A stretch of DNA of 63,724 nucleotides, counting the filler, from Phoronis australis (taxonomy: Eukaryota; Animalia; Phoronida), in NCBI GenBank assembly GCA_002633005.1. It is 7 parts of 7 records of this genome, joined end to end, with 100 filler letters (N's around TTAATTAATTAA, not from the genome) between each part and the next. Parts side by side here need not be neighbours in the genome. Positions count along the whole stretch, not along the records: positions 6,849 to 25,914 come from NMRA01000992.1; 6 more parts are not named here. One strand, given 5' to 3'. The notes under the pieces are model-generated. The model saw nothing but the letters and a program-made list of their open reading frames with translations. It had not been told where the DNA came from and made no database searches. Numbering within the stretch: the stretch's first letter is position 1; each line of letters starts with the position of its first letter. Of the stretch, positions 12,531 through 25,050 are shown in pieces. Made by a program: the position numbers and the translations under genes.

Positions 12531-15500
12531 TGGCTACAAGCAGTCAACCCTCCAAAATTTTGCTTCCTTCATTTGATAATTTCTTTCATTTCCATTTGTT
12601 GGCATAATTAAATTGTTTTTCGGCAAGAAGATGCGAAGACCAGTGTATCACAGATAATCAAGCCTAATACAAAATAGTGCAGTTTTAATTTTTTTCATTT
12701 TCAGCAGTGAGTAAAAAGGGTGTCATCTTTAAATTTAACCACAAATTTTATCGAAGTTCGAGTGGAGGTGGCAATCTCAATGACAGAATTACAAGGACAC
12801 TTGAAATGGAAGTCTTCTGAACTTGGTTTTTTAATTCATGTGTTAATGTATTGAAATAATAACAAACCCAAGGCATCAAAAAATATTACCTGAAGATGCC
12901 AGTGAAAATATTATTTCAGCCATTAGTTACGACAAGTTAATTCTACCATGCTTTGGTCACTGAGTCATAGAAGTCAAAGAACAAACCAGAGGACGATTAT
13001 GATTTAATCCACAGTTCAAATTAAAAGCAAGTGCCTTTAGTCGAAATTATCTATTTGGTTTCTACAGTGAAAGACTTTCAAGGTAGTTGAAGGTTACCGC
13101 TACTGTAGATAAGTCACAAATGAAATAATTTCAGTACAGTAAAGTTTATATGTGATCTAATCTTTTACCAAAATAAGTTACTTAGAATGCACGGTATTTT
13201 TAAATTTTTAAAACACCTAAGCATTACAAACGTTATCCAACGAATAGACAAATTTACATGATATGAAAGTGGATATGCCTAACTATTACCATGGCGACCA
13301 GGTATTTCGTTACATTAGAATTCGACAAGAATGATTTGAATAAATAAGAAGTAGCTGTGGAAAGAGGATTGGAGGCTGGAACCTTTACAATCCAACATGG
13401 CCTATTACTCTAATTAAGAGCCTTTGAATTTTGGGCCTTAATAACTTGAATTAAGAAAGCAAAATTTACAACACATGTATTGAAGGAACGATTCATACGT
13501 GAAATTTAGAAAAATATGAATTATGTTTTGACACATAATCAAACCTTGAAGCACAATTGACTTTCAAAAGACAATACGATTTCAAAACTTTTTTTAAGCT
13601 GATGGGATATTCACAGTGCAATAATTAGAATATTCCTTATATGTTTTGCACAAAAACATTAACATTGTGCAAAGTTGCTTTTGTGTAGCAGCTTTCATCA
13701 AATTGTATCAACGTTAAAACTTCACCAAGTACAAAATAGCCAATGAAAACTATTGAATCGCTCAGAATAGTAGGTGTAGACCTTTCTCACTAAATTTCAT
13801 CGTAAATTATTGATGAAAATAAATTATGCACGGTTTTAAACTCGTAACTTATGCTGCTTGTCCAAGATGACCAAACCAGGGTTCAAACAAGTGACCCAAA
13901 TTGCGCCACAAAATTGCAATAAATGTGTTCTGCTTAACCAGATTTTGATAACTGCTCAATTTTTGTTGAGTGGGATGCATTATCTTTCCGATTATATTGA
14001 AGTATTTGTGCAAAGCTAAGATAATCGGTTGTATAGCCCTACTCTTACTGTTCATTTAGTCCAGCTAGCGATCGACTAGGCTAAAATTCAACGGATTGCA
14101 ACGACAGGTAACAAGCATAAAGCAATTCAACACATCCACCCACAAACACTTACCGGTATGTTGCAAAAACTGTACTTCAAACGAAAAGCAACCTACTGGT
14201 TACTTCTAATCCTGTTCGACAGTGTCTGTCGATGGTATCCCCCGTTTTGAATGTTACATGTAGGTCGTTAACAGTAGCTCCACTAGCCTGTGGAAAACGA
14301 CGTCATGAACCGTTTTGGATACTCTCTAAATGTTCACCAATCCTGGTGTACAACTATAATCGGATCACAGGCTGCCGTTCTAGAAGCAGTCCATAGAAAT
14401 ATATTTGCTGCATACTGCCTAATACGGCCACTCTCCACTCGTGGACTTTGCTAAGTATTCTCACTTGCAACGCAGTCATGGAACAGTGGCAAACTTGTGC
14501 AAAGATACCCCAGCCATTGGCGCATTGCCACAGCCTCTAACTACACAACGGTCAGACATTCTTCTTCAAGTATTTACTCCAGTCTAAATCTAAAAATCCG
14601 ACTACATTTGAGAAAGTACTCCTCTTTGCACACAGCAATGGACACTGTGGACTCAATCAGGCTGACACTGCAATGATCAGGTCACGTCCCTACTAACTGT
14701 AAATTGTTTATGGCAACACACAAGACATTGTGCATATCTATCACATTTCAGAAAATTAATGGGCAAAAATTGCATAATTGCATTCTAACAAACACAAAGA
14801 TTCCATTTGTGCCAGATAGTCCCAGCCAAGAGTACTTAACCTATGGACAGACTTGGCAATGATAGGGTCAGGAATTCCTGATATGTTAAGGATGTGACTT
14901 GTTTCAGAAGATAGCAGAAGTTCAAATTTTTTGTTCTCATAATTTTGTGGGGAAGTGGGAGCGTGTTTTAAAGACATAGTTTCACACCAAAACAACTGCT
15001 TTTCAACTCAAGGAATAGCATTGCAGGGGCCCGTTACTTGGGCTAGTTACTGTCAGCACAACGTGATTAATTAGATAAGCTCAGCAGTAATGACCTTCTC
15101 CGACTTCAGCCGAGTCAATTCTGAAAACAGAGCAGTTACATAAGCGTCTGTGATGTAGAGTCCGGAAGACAACTGCGTTGTATAGAATGAACTCGGCTGG
15201 TAAACCGCAGTCACACAAGGCAGAAACCATCATGGATTACGAAAGCTAAATTAGCGACGAGTCTTCCAACGACGAGGAAATTTTAGAAAATCTTTTGTGA
15301 CGATGAAGCGTCGGACACAGACAATATGCACAACGACCATCGTGAGCGTGTTCTTGACAACATAAAGGGGCCCTGCAGGTTCGAACCAGTGCCAGCAAGT
15401 GTCGCGGTCGCTTTGGATGAAGAGACTGCGGCGGATCCCGAAGACAATGACCGCATAACTTCAGACGTTCTATCATGTTAGGTAAATGGAAAACAAAAAC

Positions 15501-16039
15501 AATGCCGCGAGTTTGAATGCGAATATGTTTATTTTCGATTTATTTATAATACTTCAAGTTAAATAAAAAGCAATTTCAAACATCGGGACTGGTAGACGGA
15601 TAAACTGCGATATGCAAGACTATTTGCCGTTTTGTCCTACGTTTCTTGATTAGCGTAGGTTGAAAGTTTTGTTGTAGGTTATGGATTGTAATTTGTATTT
15701 TATAACAAAAGCTTATTTTTGATTTCATATCTATTTTATGTAATTACTGAACAGAGAAGGGGTCGAAACCATTAAAAGTCACCCGCACTCGAATTAATTT
15801 AATCCCCATAATGTTTATTTAATTGCAAAAATACGACAGGTAAGTAGCATTCAAGCAACTACACACAATTATGTTGCAAAAATCGTAATTCAAAAGAAAA
15901 GCAGCTTCCGACAGTGTCCTTCGATGTTATACTCCATTCAAGTTAGTAATGTTGTTCGCTTACTAGTGTGGCCCAAGGCCTACTACCTTCCGCAAAGCGA
16001 CAGCATGTACAGTTTTGAATATTATCTAAAATTTCACTT

Positions 16040-16276
16040 ACCTTGGTTTCCAACCATACTGCGATTGCAGGCTGTCGACCTCGAAACCGAGTCTGCAGAA
16101 AAATGTTTACTCCATATCACCGAATACGGCGACGCTCCACTAAATTTTCTCGTGGACCTCACGAAGTCTTCCCACTTGCAAAGCAGTCTGGGGTTAGTGG
16201 GAAACCTATGTAATGACACCTCAGGCCCAGACTCTGACACATTGTCACAGCCTCCAATCACACAACAGTCCGGCAT
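16040..16276 (-). pseudogene. THAP zinc-finger exon, third Cys mutated to Trp
   Basis: MPDCCVIGGC..SLHRFP..KWEDFV..SVIWSKHF; TGG occupies the position where CSxHF is expected. Ends at an AAG|GTAAGT donor near 16041. Confidence 0.8.
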
Positions 16277-16549
16277 TGTTCTTCAAAATGTTAATCGAGT
16301 TGAAGTATAAAAATGTGTTTAATGTCGAAATAAGTATTCCAATTGGCACACAACAACAGTGATACGTCGTGCGTAGACAGACAGTGCGAANCAGAGCCTA
16401 AAACATCATGTTATTACTATGCAGACTAATTGAGTTTTTATGTCTACTCATTACTGATAAGAAATTTTCGGCAAATCTTTCCTACAAGTGCCAAAAACCT
16501 GTTTGGAACTTAATGTCAAGATGGACACTTTTTCATGGTCTTTTTGACA

Positions 16550-16788
16550 CGGAGCTTGGAATGACTAATGACAAAAAAGAAGAATTTTCAGGTGATGATC
16601 ATTCCACAAATAAATAGGGTAGTGTCATAAAATTGTGTGGTAAATTTGACTGAAATAAATGTTTGTGCATGAATAAAGTCAAAGTAATGATAGAAAAAGA
16701 GACAAAAAGAAAAAAACTGTAAGTCAAAAGAGGAAATTGAAACCAAAAAAGAGGTATTCCTCTTAAAAGAGGAAAATTCCAAGCCCTG
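16550..16788. mobile_element. ~240-bp MITE with CAGGGCTTGGAA-type TIRs, copy 1
   Basis: CGGAGCTTGGAAT..ATTCCAAGCCCTG; TTGACA repeated at 16544-16549 and 16789-16794; homologous to 31590-31835. Confidence 0.75.
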
Positions 16789-17095
16789 TTGACAGTCAAG
16801 CTCTTAGGCTCAATTGTATTACAAAAAATAATCCCTGACATGCTTTCAAAGCTAATCAAATGCAACCTCTGTGAAAGACTATATTTCAGGAAAAAACATG
16901 ACTGGAAATGTACGGTCACAATTTTTTCTCAGTCTGTTATCATGAAGGGTATTAAAAATATATGGTTTCTTGGGCTGAAAATTGCTTTCTAAAATATTTC
17001 CATGAAGATGGTCCTTGGTAATGATAGACAGTTACACTGAGGTTAAGTCTTATTATAGCCCACTCAAACAAAAATTACCACTTTCACAAACTTAC

Positions 17096-20000
17096 CACTT
17101 CCTGCCTGAGTAAGCAGCAAGGATAATGGGTCTGCTTCTGGATCTGTTGTATGGTGTGTACTGAGCTTTGACACGTTCACAGAAATCTGGGAGAATAAAA
17201 TGAAATACATGACGAGTAAACTGTGAATAGTATCGACATGGATCTGCTGGTGATAAGTAGGTCACACAAACACTTAAATTGTACACAAAAAAAAAAATAA
17301 TTCAGCGTGGTGGGAATGAATTAACCCGACGTTAAACTTAGCAGGAAAAATAGCAAAAAAAAATCTTTCTAAGATACAGTGAGACAAGTGAAAACGTGAC
17401 ACTGTCAGAATGAAAGTGCCCTAACCAACTCACAGGGTTATCTTGTTCAGCTGTGCCTTGGTCTGTCGCAGACTGTTTTCCAATCACATTTGACTGATTC
17501 TGATGAGATTTAGACAAGTGTTTATTACTTTGCTTCCTATCCTTAAACTTGAATCTACCTTTCTTGTCCAACCTCCTGTAAAACATGAGAGATCAGCTGT
17601 CTTTTAGTCAACAATCGCTTCAAATTCACAAGGAAACACTATCAAAGGTTCACCAAAAGTATAAAATTTACTTTTATGAGATGAGACAAAATACGACACC
17701 ATTTCTGAGCCTAAGGTTGCTTTTTACACTTCCGTATACACCTGACTTTTTGTGGGCTAAAAGGAAACCTGTCAAGGGCTTGAAAATTGTCTGAAAAATA
17801 TACTTTAAAGCATTAAAATTAAAAAATGTTTAGACAGAAAACCAATTGAGGGCTGTTCCAGTAAAATCCGTGTGGGAGGGGGGGGGACGGCAGGAGAAAT
17901 AAAAATTCATGGGTGGTGGTCTTCAGAAAAAAACTCAAATTATGGGTGGTCGTTCCTGTAAGAAGTGATGCATTAAAAATGGGTGGTATTTTTTGACCTG
18001 TTAATGTCGATAGGTTGGTTAATAGGTTGGTTACTTCAGCCGTAATAACTAAAAAAAAAAATGCAATTGTCCTAACTTATCCAAATACAAAAAAGCCCAT
18101 GTTGCCAGTGAACAGAGTGCAATATGTTCACTAAGCCATTAATCAAGTCATGGGCAACTTGATTTGTACCAACTGTTTGTCTGCAGTCCTATTGAATTGA
18201 AAAGTTATGCAACACTGAACTGGTGTTAACATATATAAGAAAATTGATGATTTTTAAATAAAAAGTATGAGGAGTAAGATAAACAAGTTCCAATATTCAC
18301 TTGACATAGAAGTATAGAAGAGTTCGTGGAGACAGTTTGAGATTCATAGATCCTTATAAATGAAAAAATGTTCATTGAAATTATAGACACATGGTGAACA
18401 GAGACACCTGGTGGCTGCCAAAAGTATTGCTCACAGGCTACTTTATTAGTTTTTGACAATATTGGACAAGGCAACTAGTTCTTGTCTGTCAGTCATCTAA
18501 GTTCTTAACAGGTCCTCCTGGAGGCAATTTGTTTGCAAGTGTTGGATTTTATATTTTAACCTATTAAAATAATTAAAAAATTATGGGTCATGGGTTGGAG
18601 AAATAAATGAAAAATACGGGCAGTGGGTACGAAATAAAAGTGCCTTCCCCCCCTCCCATACAGATTTTGCTGGAACAGCCCTGACAAAAATACAGTGAAA
18701 CGAGCAACGCGGAGCGGTGAAATGAGCCCACGAATGCATTGGAAATGGTGTGCTTTTAGGGTTATTTATTTGTATCATAAAAATGGCCACAAAAACGTAC
18801 AATCCATCCACAAACGGGAACATGCCATATTTCATAAAAATCTGTCACGGAACTTCAGAGAAACAAAGGAAAACAGAATACAATGAAATTGCCACTAATG
18901 GGCTCAGTGTCTGATGGATCTGCCTGAGAATCACCGTCGTTTGTAGTCAACATCATATAAATACACTCGCTACATTAAGAAAAGATCCTGCAAACAGTTT
19001 AGGAGATACAGCCATGAGCGCAAAAAATGCCACTAGGAGGCGCCCCAGTAGTCAAAGAAGTCAGAAAATCATCGTCAGCCGTCCACTTCATAGTAAAAGC
19101 ATACATGCCAATTTTCACAATTATCCTGAAAACGGTTTGGTTGATAGATGAGTGGATGCCAAAAAAAAAAAACACGAAAACAGTAAAAATGACCACTAGG
19201 TGGCATAAACTAGGTCGAATTCATCTGAAAACGGAGAGATAGCGACACCTCATTAATAGATGTCATTGCCTATATTCCAAATTTTATGAAATACGATGAG
19301 GACATTTGAAGATACAGAGGTAAACGTAAAAAAATAAAGTTGCCACTACGTGGCACACCAGTAGTCAGATCTGTCTGAAAGTTGTCGTCGTCGTCCGTTG
19401 TTGACATCATATAAATATACTTACTAAATTTCGTAAAAATCCAGTTAACAGTTTAGGAGATACAGCCATAAGCGCAAAAAAAACTGCCACTAGGAGGGGC
19501 CACAGTTGTCAAAATCGTGCCAATTTTTACAATCATCTTTTAAGCGGTTTGGTTGATAGAGGGGTGGACGCAAAACAACAGACTCGAAAACACTAAAAAT
19601 GGCCACTAGGTGGTGCAAACTAAGTCAAATCCATCTGAACACAGGAGGATAACGTCATCTCACTAATAGGGGCCTATATACCAAATTTCATGAAAATCCG
19701 TTAAGGAATTTTGAAAGTACAAAGGTAAACATAAAAAACTAAAATTGCCACTAGGGGGCACAATGGTAGTTGGTTCCATCCGAACGTTCGCTCATGCCGT
19801 CCCATTCATGAATGGAACATATGTGCCAAATTTCATGAACGTATGTCAAAGGGTTTTGGAGACAGAGCAGCGGACGCCGGAAGGACTGAAGCCGCACGGA
19901 CGGACCGACGGAGATGACTGCATTATGTGTCCACATATAAATATGTGGGCGCATAAAATGATTTGATACATACAATGCTTTGCAAATGGCAAACGTAAAG

Positions 20001-23000
20001 ACACTAAATTTGGTAAAAAATCATAAAGGTATGCATGTTATTACACGAAACTAGATTCTTAACGCACAAAACCATGAAGAGCAAACTGGGTGTGCGTTCA
20101 GTAAAGCTAGGACCTGCGCTAGGACCTAGCTAAAATCTAACCAAAGTCACGTGTTCTCATTCAAAATACACTGCAATATCTCACGTAATCCCGCAAAGTC
20201 TTGCTTTTTAGCGAGGTCCTAGCATTACTGAACGGGAGGCAGGTTCCCTCATGGACAGTCAAACTTACATAAGTCAGATTCAAATGGCAAGCCAAAATCG
20301 GACTTCTATGGAGGACCAAGTACATGAACTACTGACAAATAACGTACAACGAACCATAGTCCAACTTCAGCGAAAATCCGATATCCGCATGTCTCACTTC
20401 TGCCAGTTTTACTCTGTACTTTAAAAGTGACAATGTACGTACCTCTGTGATCATTATATCAACCGACTCCTAAATTCTAAACTGTTAAGAAAACTTTGCT
20501 AACTTACTGAATGTCTTTCGTTTCTAGAACCTCTCCACGTTCTGCCCTTTGTTTTTGGGCAGCTTTCTTTGCAGCAATGTTTGCAGCAGTAGGAAAATTT
20601 CTGTAAAATGTTTGAACAACTAAATATCATCATTCAATGACCTTTATTTTTATCTCTATTAGTACGAGCAAAAGAAGAACGTAATATGCTTATTGTTGGC
20701 AAATTGTTCAACAGTAAATTATTTAAAAGGGTGCCAGACCCGGTTTTGGCCTATTAACAGATACTAAAAATGACTTTCCCATCCAGTTCTCTGAAACAAA
20801 ATAATGTTCTGTAACCCTCAACAACCTCCAAAAGTTTGGAAGAAATTTTGAAAGCTTCTGTAAGTCTCCTAACGGGAAAGCGTGATAGACGCTTTTAGCA
20901 AATTACATGGCAACTGAGGGAAAAGACCACCCACCAAGGACCATAATGTCCAATCTGTGACATAAGGGAGTGCGAGTTTTTTAGTCGATTCCTGCCTTTA
21001 ACTTGTATGATTGGTGTCAATGATGTTTAAGTAGGTGACACAAGGAGGACTGGTGGAAATCATCAAAACAGGCTTTAGTATCTTTATAAGATTGAGTATC
21101 AGTTTCATTATGTCATACAAGTTCAGTTATTCAGCCTTTGAAACCGACTGCAGGAGTAAGAGTTGCCCAGATATCAGTTTGGGTACATGCTCTCTCAATT
21201 CAAACTATACAAGGATTGTGACTATTACAATTAAATAACAGATCAGATTGAGCAGCAAGCGCACACTTGAAAATTACAATAATAATGTTGACTTGCATTA
21301 CCAATATCCAACATTGTTTCAGTATGTTCCATACACCAGCTGCAGCTAAAAATGATATGTCGAACATAAATGTTTTTTATTTCGTTATGCAAAGCATCAT
21401 CCTCTGGTGTTCAACATTATGTTGCTCATGAGCTCAAGGTCAAGGCCAAGGTCAAGGTCTACCATTGTTATCAACACAGGATATTTATTTCAGACACGTT
21501 TTCTCACCTTTTTCGTTCTTCAATCCATTTTTTAACATCTTCACTGGATTCCAAACTCCAAATCTTCTTAGCCATCCCTGTCCTGTGTTGCTAAAAGAAG
21601 CACTCTGATATCAACATAGAAACCAAACACTGCAATCATTGATCATTGGCCCTTCTTGAAAACACATCACTTGTTAAGCAATTAGAAATCGAAAACAACT
21701 AAAGACGCATCAACTGTCTAATATTTAAAACAAGGGTTTTGCTGACTGTCAACATTTTCAATTTTTTTATTTTTACAGGGTAGCTAGTTTTGCTCTGGCA
21801 TGAATCCAACAAGTGTTCTAATTAAGAGTGTTCTATTGGTCAGGCACGAAATCTTTTCTCAAGCAATACAACTATAGCTTTCTTACTGACATATTTCTTT
21901 CGTTTTCTCATAAGAACTGCATTTGTAGTTCTTTTCAATCTTTAACTGGAGTATGAGTAAAAGGAGAACAAAGTGTGAGGTAGGGAGAGCACCTCATTAT
22001 AAAATTGGTTCACTGAGTTTGAGATGGAGGAAGACAGGCTACCCAAGCTATCTGAACAAAATGGCGGTGACACCCATAAACATAGTTCCCCACCTATGAA
22101 CACAGCTCATGGTCTCAATAAACTCAGTTCACTAACACAACTCAACAATGGCCAAGCACGGTGTCAGACTCACAGAACATGGCTTATGCATCCAAANNNN
22201 NNNNNNNNNNNNNNNNNNNNNNNNNNNNNNNNNNNNNNNNNNNNNNNNNNNNNNNNNNNNNNNNNNNNNNNNNNNNNNNNNNNNNNNNNNNNNNNNNNNN
22301 NNNNNNNNNNNNNNNNNNNNNNNNNNNNNNNNNNNCTACCCATAATGCACTGCGCTCACTGACTGCCCATAATACACTGTGCTCACTGACTACCCATAGT
22401 GCACTGCGCTCACTGACTACCCATAATGCACTGTGCTCAGACTGCCCATAATGCACTGTGCTCACTGACTGCCCATAGCGCACTGTGCACACTATCTGCC
22501 CATTAATACACTGTGTTTATGAATCCAGACTCAGGTATGTAATCTGTATGGTGTGAGTTCAATACTGTGTTTATGAGTCAGGAACTATGTTTATGAGAGT
22601 GTGAGCCTTACAGTACAGGAAGCCTACTACACACTTATTGAAAGTTAACAAATCACATTACTACAATATGTTTGAATTTATATTATGTAAGATCCTAGAA
22701 AAATGTCTAAAGTTGGCTAACTTCGGAACATCATACCTCAGAGATGGCTAATCGGATTCATCCGAAATTTTCAGAGACCACACTTTTTCATTATTCTCCA
22801 AAACACTGTTGGGAATAATTTTTGAAACATCACTACTTTTGCACGAGTGCCTATCGAAAATAGGATTTTTATGAGTTTTATAAAAAATCAAACGTTGAAT
22901 GAAACAAAAATTAATTATTTTGAAAATTGCAACAGCATTTTTAATTCCTCATAAAAACTGGAGCACAGGCTTGTTTTTTTCCACAAAAATCGGTCAAGTT

Positions 23001-25050
23001 TTGTATGAGATATCTGTTATTCAGATTAGCCGATTTGATGGTCTATACAGTATTACTACGCGCCTCGCTATTTGTGAAAGAAATATTTTTCAAATGTCTT
23101 AAACTGACAATTCATCAACAAAGGTTCACATTGCAGCCTGCAGAAGATAAATTTTAGTTGAACTTACACACTGTTGCTGCCTACCGAGATGTACTCATAA
23201 TCGTCTCACGTACAGAGGAAGAACTGTCCCACTTGCGCGCGTGTCCCGTGACACACTCCCAGTGGATGGTGACATGAGCACCCAAACTGCTTACATCCCG
23301 CCGTGCGACTCCCTCGTGACACACGTGGCACCTTCTAAATAGCTCCAATACAAGCTCACAATAAACTTATCAAACTTAGGCTCACCGATCTGATCAATAG
23401 ACGACGAACTGTCCTTGTCACTGGGTGTCAAACTGGGCCTGTATTTACTCCCACTACTCAACATCGCTGCAGGCATAACGTAGAATTGTCGTGAGGACTT
23501 GACAGGGACCTCAGGGGTCTCACGCTCCACTGGCTTATATACATTAAGTCAAAAAGTCTTTGCCCAGTTACACATTTTGTGTCATAAAAACGATAATGAT
23601 ACCTGCAGCTAACACGGCAAGTAGAACTACTCTCGGTTACAAAATTGATGTAGACTCACAGTAGAACTGTGGATTTCTGTTGAGCCCAGACCGTCTGGAG
23701 TTGCACCGTATACCAACTTCGGAGGGTCTCTCACTACAATTTAGCGTTATGGCTGCTTACAGGCTCTGGGCTAGAGACAACACCAGGAATCACTGCAAGT
23801 TCCTGGAATTGCATGCTATGGGGGTACTTTCGGAGGCATGGGTGACAGTAGATGAAGTGCCTCCTGCCACTGTTTATAGTGGCCACAGCTCGCGAGGCTT
23901 CTCGCTTCAAAAACGCACTTCTCGGGGGTGGCAACGGTGCACTGCCGGAAATCAACAGCAACGGTATGGAACCCTGCTTCAGGCGTTGTTTCGCAGGGAC
24001 CTTCATCAATTCAGTGTGCATATCTCTGTCGTAATCTGACGGCTGAAAATGTTTGCCACTGCTTTGTACGTTGCATGAACAGGTAGCGCTGCGTTCTTCA
24101 CACGAACGCCTAGCCAAGTACGGCGAAGTGTGTCATCCTTCGCCATGCGATGCAAAGTACCCAAAGCGCGTGTGAGACGATAATGAGTACATCCTGGTAC
24201 GCAGCAACAGCGTGGCATGTTGACCGACTCGTAAACAAAAGCAAACGACGACCAAACTTATCACATCCGAGGTAGAACAATAACTGACTTGACAGCTCTT
24301 ACAGTCTGACTGTATTAAAAGAAATTGGCGCAAAATTCTTGCCTCCTAAAACGTCACTTCCGGAGTAGAGGACGAGAAATTAATTAAATTACGAAAAGCT
24401 GTAATTAAGTGAAAAATATGTCTGAGATAATCAACAGACCTCATTTTTGCTAAAAGTGGCATGAAAAAAGATTGCCTTCGCCTTTAAAGAAAGAGCACAC
24501 ACTTTCTTACAAGTTGAATGAGAATTACGAAAAACACGACCAACAACCTTTTCAGATGTCAGCTAAGTGTTTGGGTGTTGCTTTATACACAAAATAATTG
24601 ATCACTTTCAGTTTCTTACCAACTGTATGTGAAGTTTGACCAGCTTTGACGCGGCCACGTATGGGCACCCATCATAAGTACACTGAAACAAGAGTGAACC
24701 TAGATAAATTAAAGTCAAACATTTAACTAAAATGCACCCATCAAAAATCAAAAATGCAACAAATTTCTTTCTAGATCACTGGTACACGGAAGTTATAGTA
24801 ATTTTTAATGCTAAAGTGACAAATTATTTGCTTGATACAATAATTCCAGAAAACTTTAAAAAAATCATTAAAACTTGCACCGATACTCAAGCTTCTGCAA
24901 CAAAACGTACTTAGTAAGTGTGTTGCTTACCTTTTCATGAGCACTTGAGTGTTCTTCATACTTTTCCTCAGTCTTGAAACCTTTATCACATGTATCACAG
25001 AAAAATGGAAATTCAGTGATGTCCCTCTTGTTAGGCTTTTTTTTCTTATT
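17096..25050 (-). CDS. NUFIP1: Nuclear FMR1-interacting protein 1 (NUFIP1/Rsa1 family), partial: six internal exons
   Basis: Phase-compatible GT-AG exons 25050-24931 (NKKKKPNKRDITEFPFFCDTCDKGFKTEEKYEEHSSAHEK), 24682-24620 (CTYDGCPYVAASKLVKLHIQL), 21590-21508 (QHRTGMAKKIWSLESSEDVKKWIEERKR), 20600-20508 (NFPTAANIAAKK..RGEVLETKDI), 17575-17434 and 17186-17096 (..DPEADPLSLLL..). Two C2H2 fingers followed by the W-x-EERK-x-N-[FY]-PT motif are diagnostic of NUFIP1. First and last exons were not found. Confidence 0.92.
17850..18681. mobile_element. PIF/Harbinger-like MITE
   Basis: TIRs GGGCTGTTCCAGTAAAATCCGTGTGGGAGGGGGG / CCCCCCTCCCATACAGATTTTGCTGGAACAGCCC; 3-bp TGA direct repeat on both sides. Confidence 0.85.
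18698..19958 (+). mobile_element. HINE/non-autonomous Helentron-like element with internal tandem repeats
   Basis: Starts AAACGAGC. About seven diverged 115-165-bp units marked by CCACTAG. Short GGAC/GACG microsatellite near 19895, then terminal stem-loop TTATGTGTCCACATAT-AA-ATATGTGGGCGCATAA and an A-run. Confidence 0.7.
22336..22515. repeat. 27-bp minisatellite (>=6.5 copies, extends into gap)
   Basis: CT[AG]CCCATA[AG]T[AG]CACTG[CT]GCTCACTGA units, head to tail; flanked by inverted CATAAACATAGTTCC (22075-22089) / GGAACTATGTTTATG (22581-22595). Confidence 0.9.
22680..24487 (-). mobile_element. Probable Kolobok-like non-autonomous element carrying the THAP remnant
   Basis: Right end ..GATTGCCTTCGCCT|TTAA (24483/24484-24487) upstream of the THAP start fits AGG termini with TTAA target. 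The left terminus was not identified, so that boundary is approximate. Confidence 0.4.
23734..24218 (-). pseudogene. Frameshifted THAP-domain remnant in a NUFIP1 intron
   Basis: MPRCCCVPGC..LHRMAKDDTLRRTWL in one frame, KHFQPSDYDRD..RLKQGSIP in another. Confidence 0.8.

Noticed and set aside
12210-12611. 133-aa ORF with THAP-like LEKWLQRIR
   Set aside because: No C2CH ligand pattern; it overlaps a dispersed repeat.
22336-22515. CRISPR-like or coding repeat (VSERSALW-type ORFs)
   Set aside because: Spacer-less minisatellite; the ORFs are an artefact of the 27-bp period and the N run.
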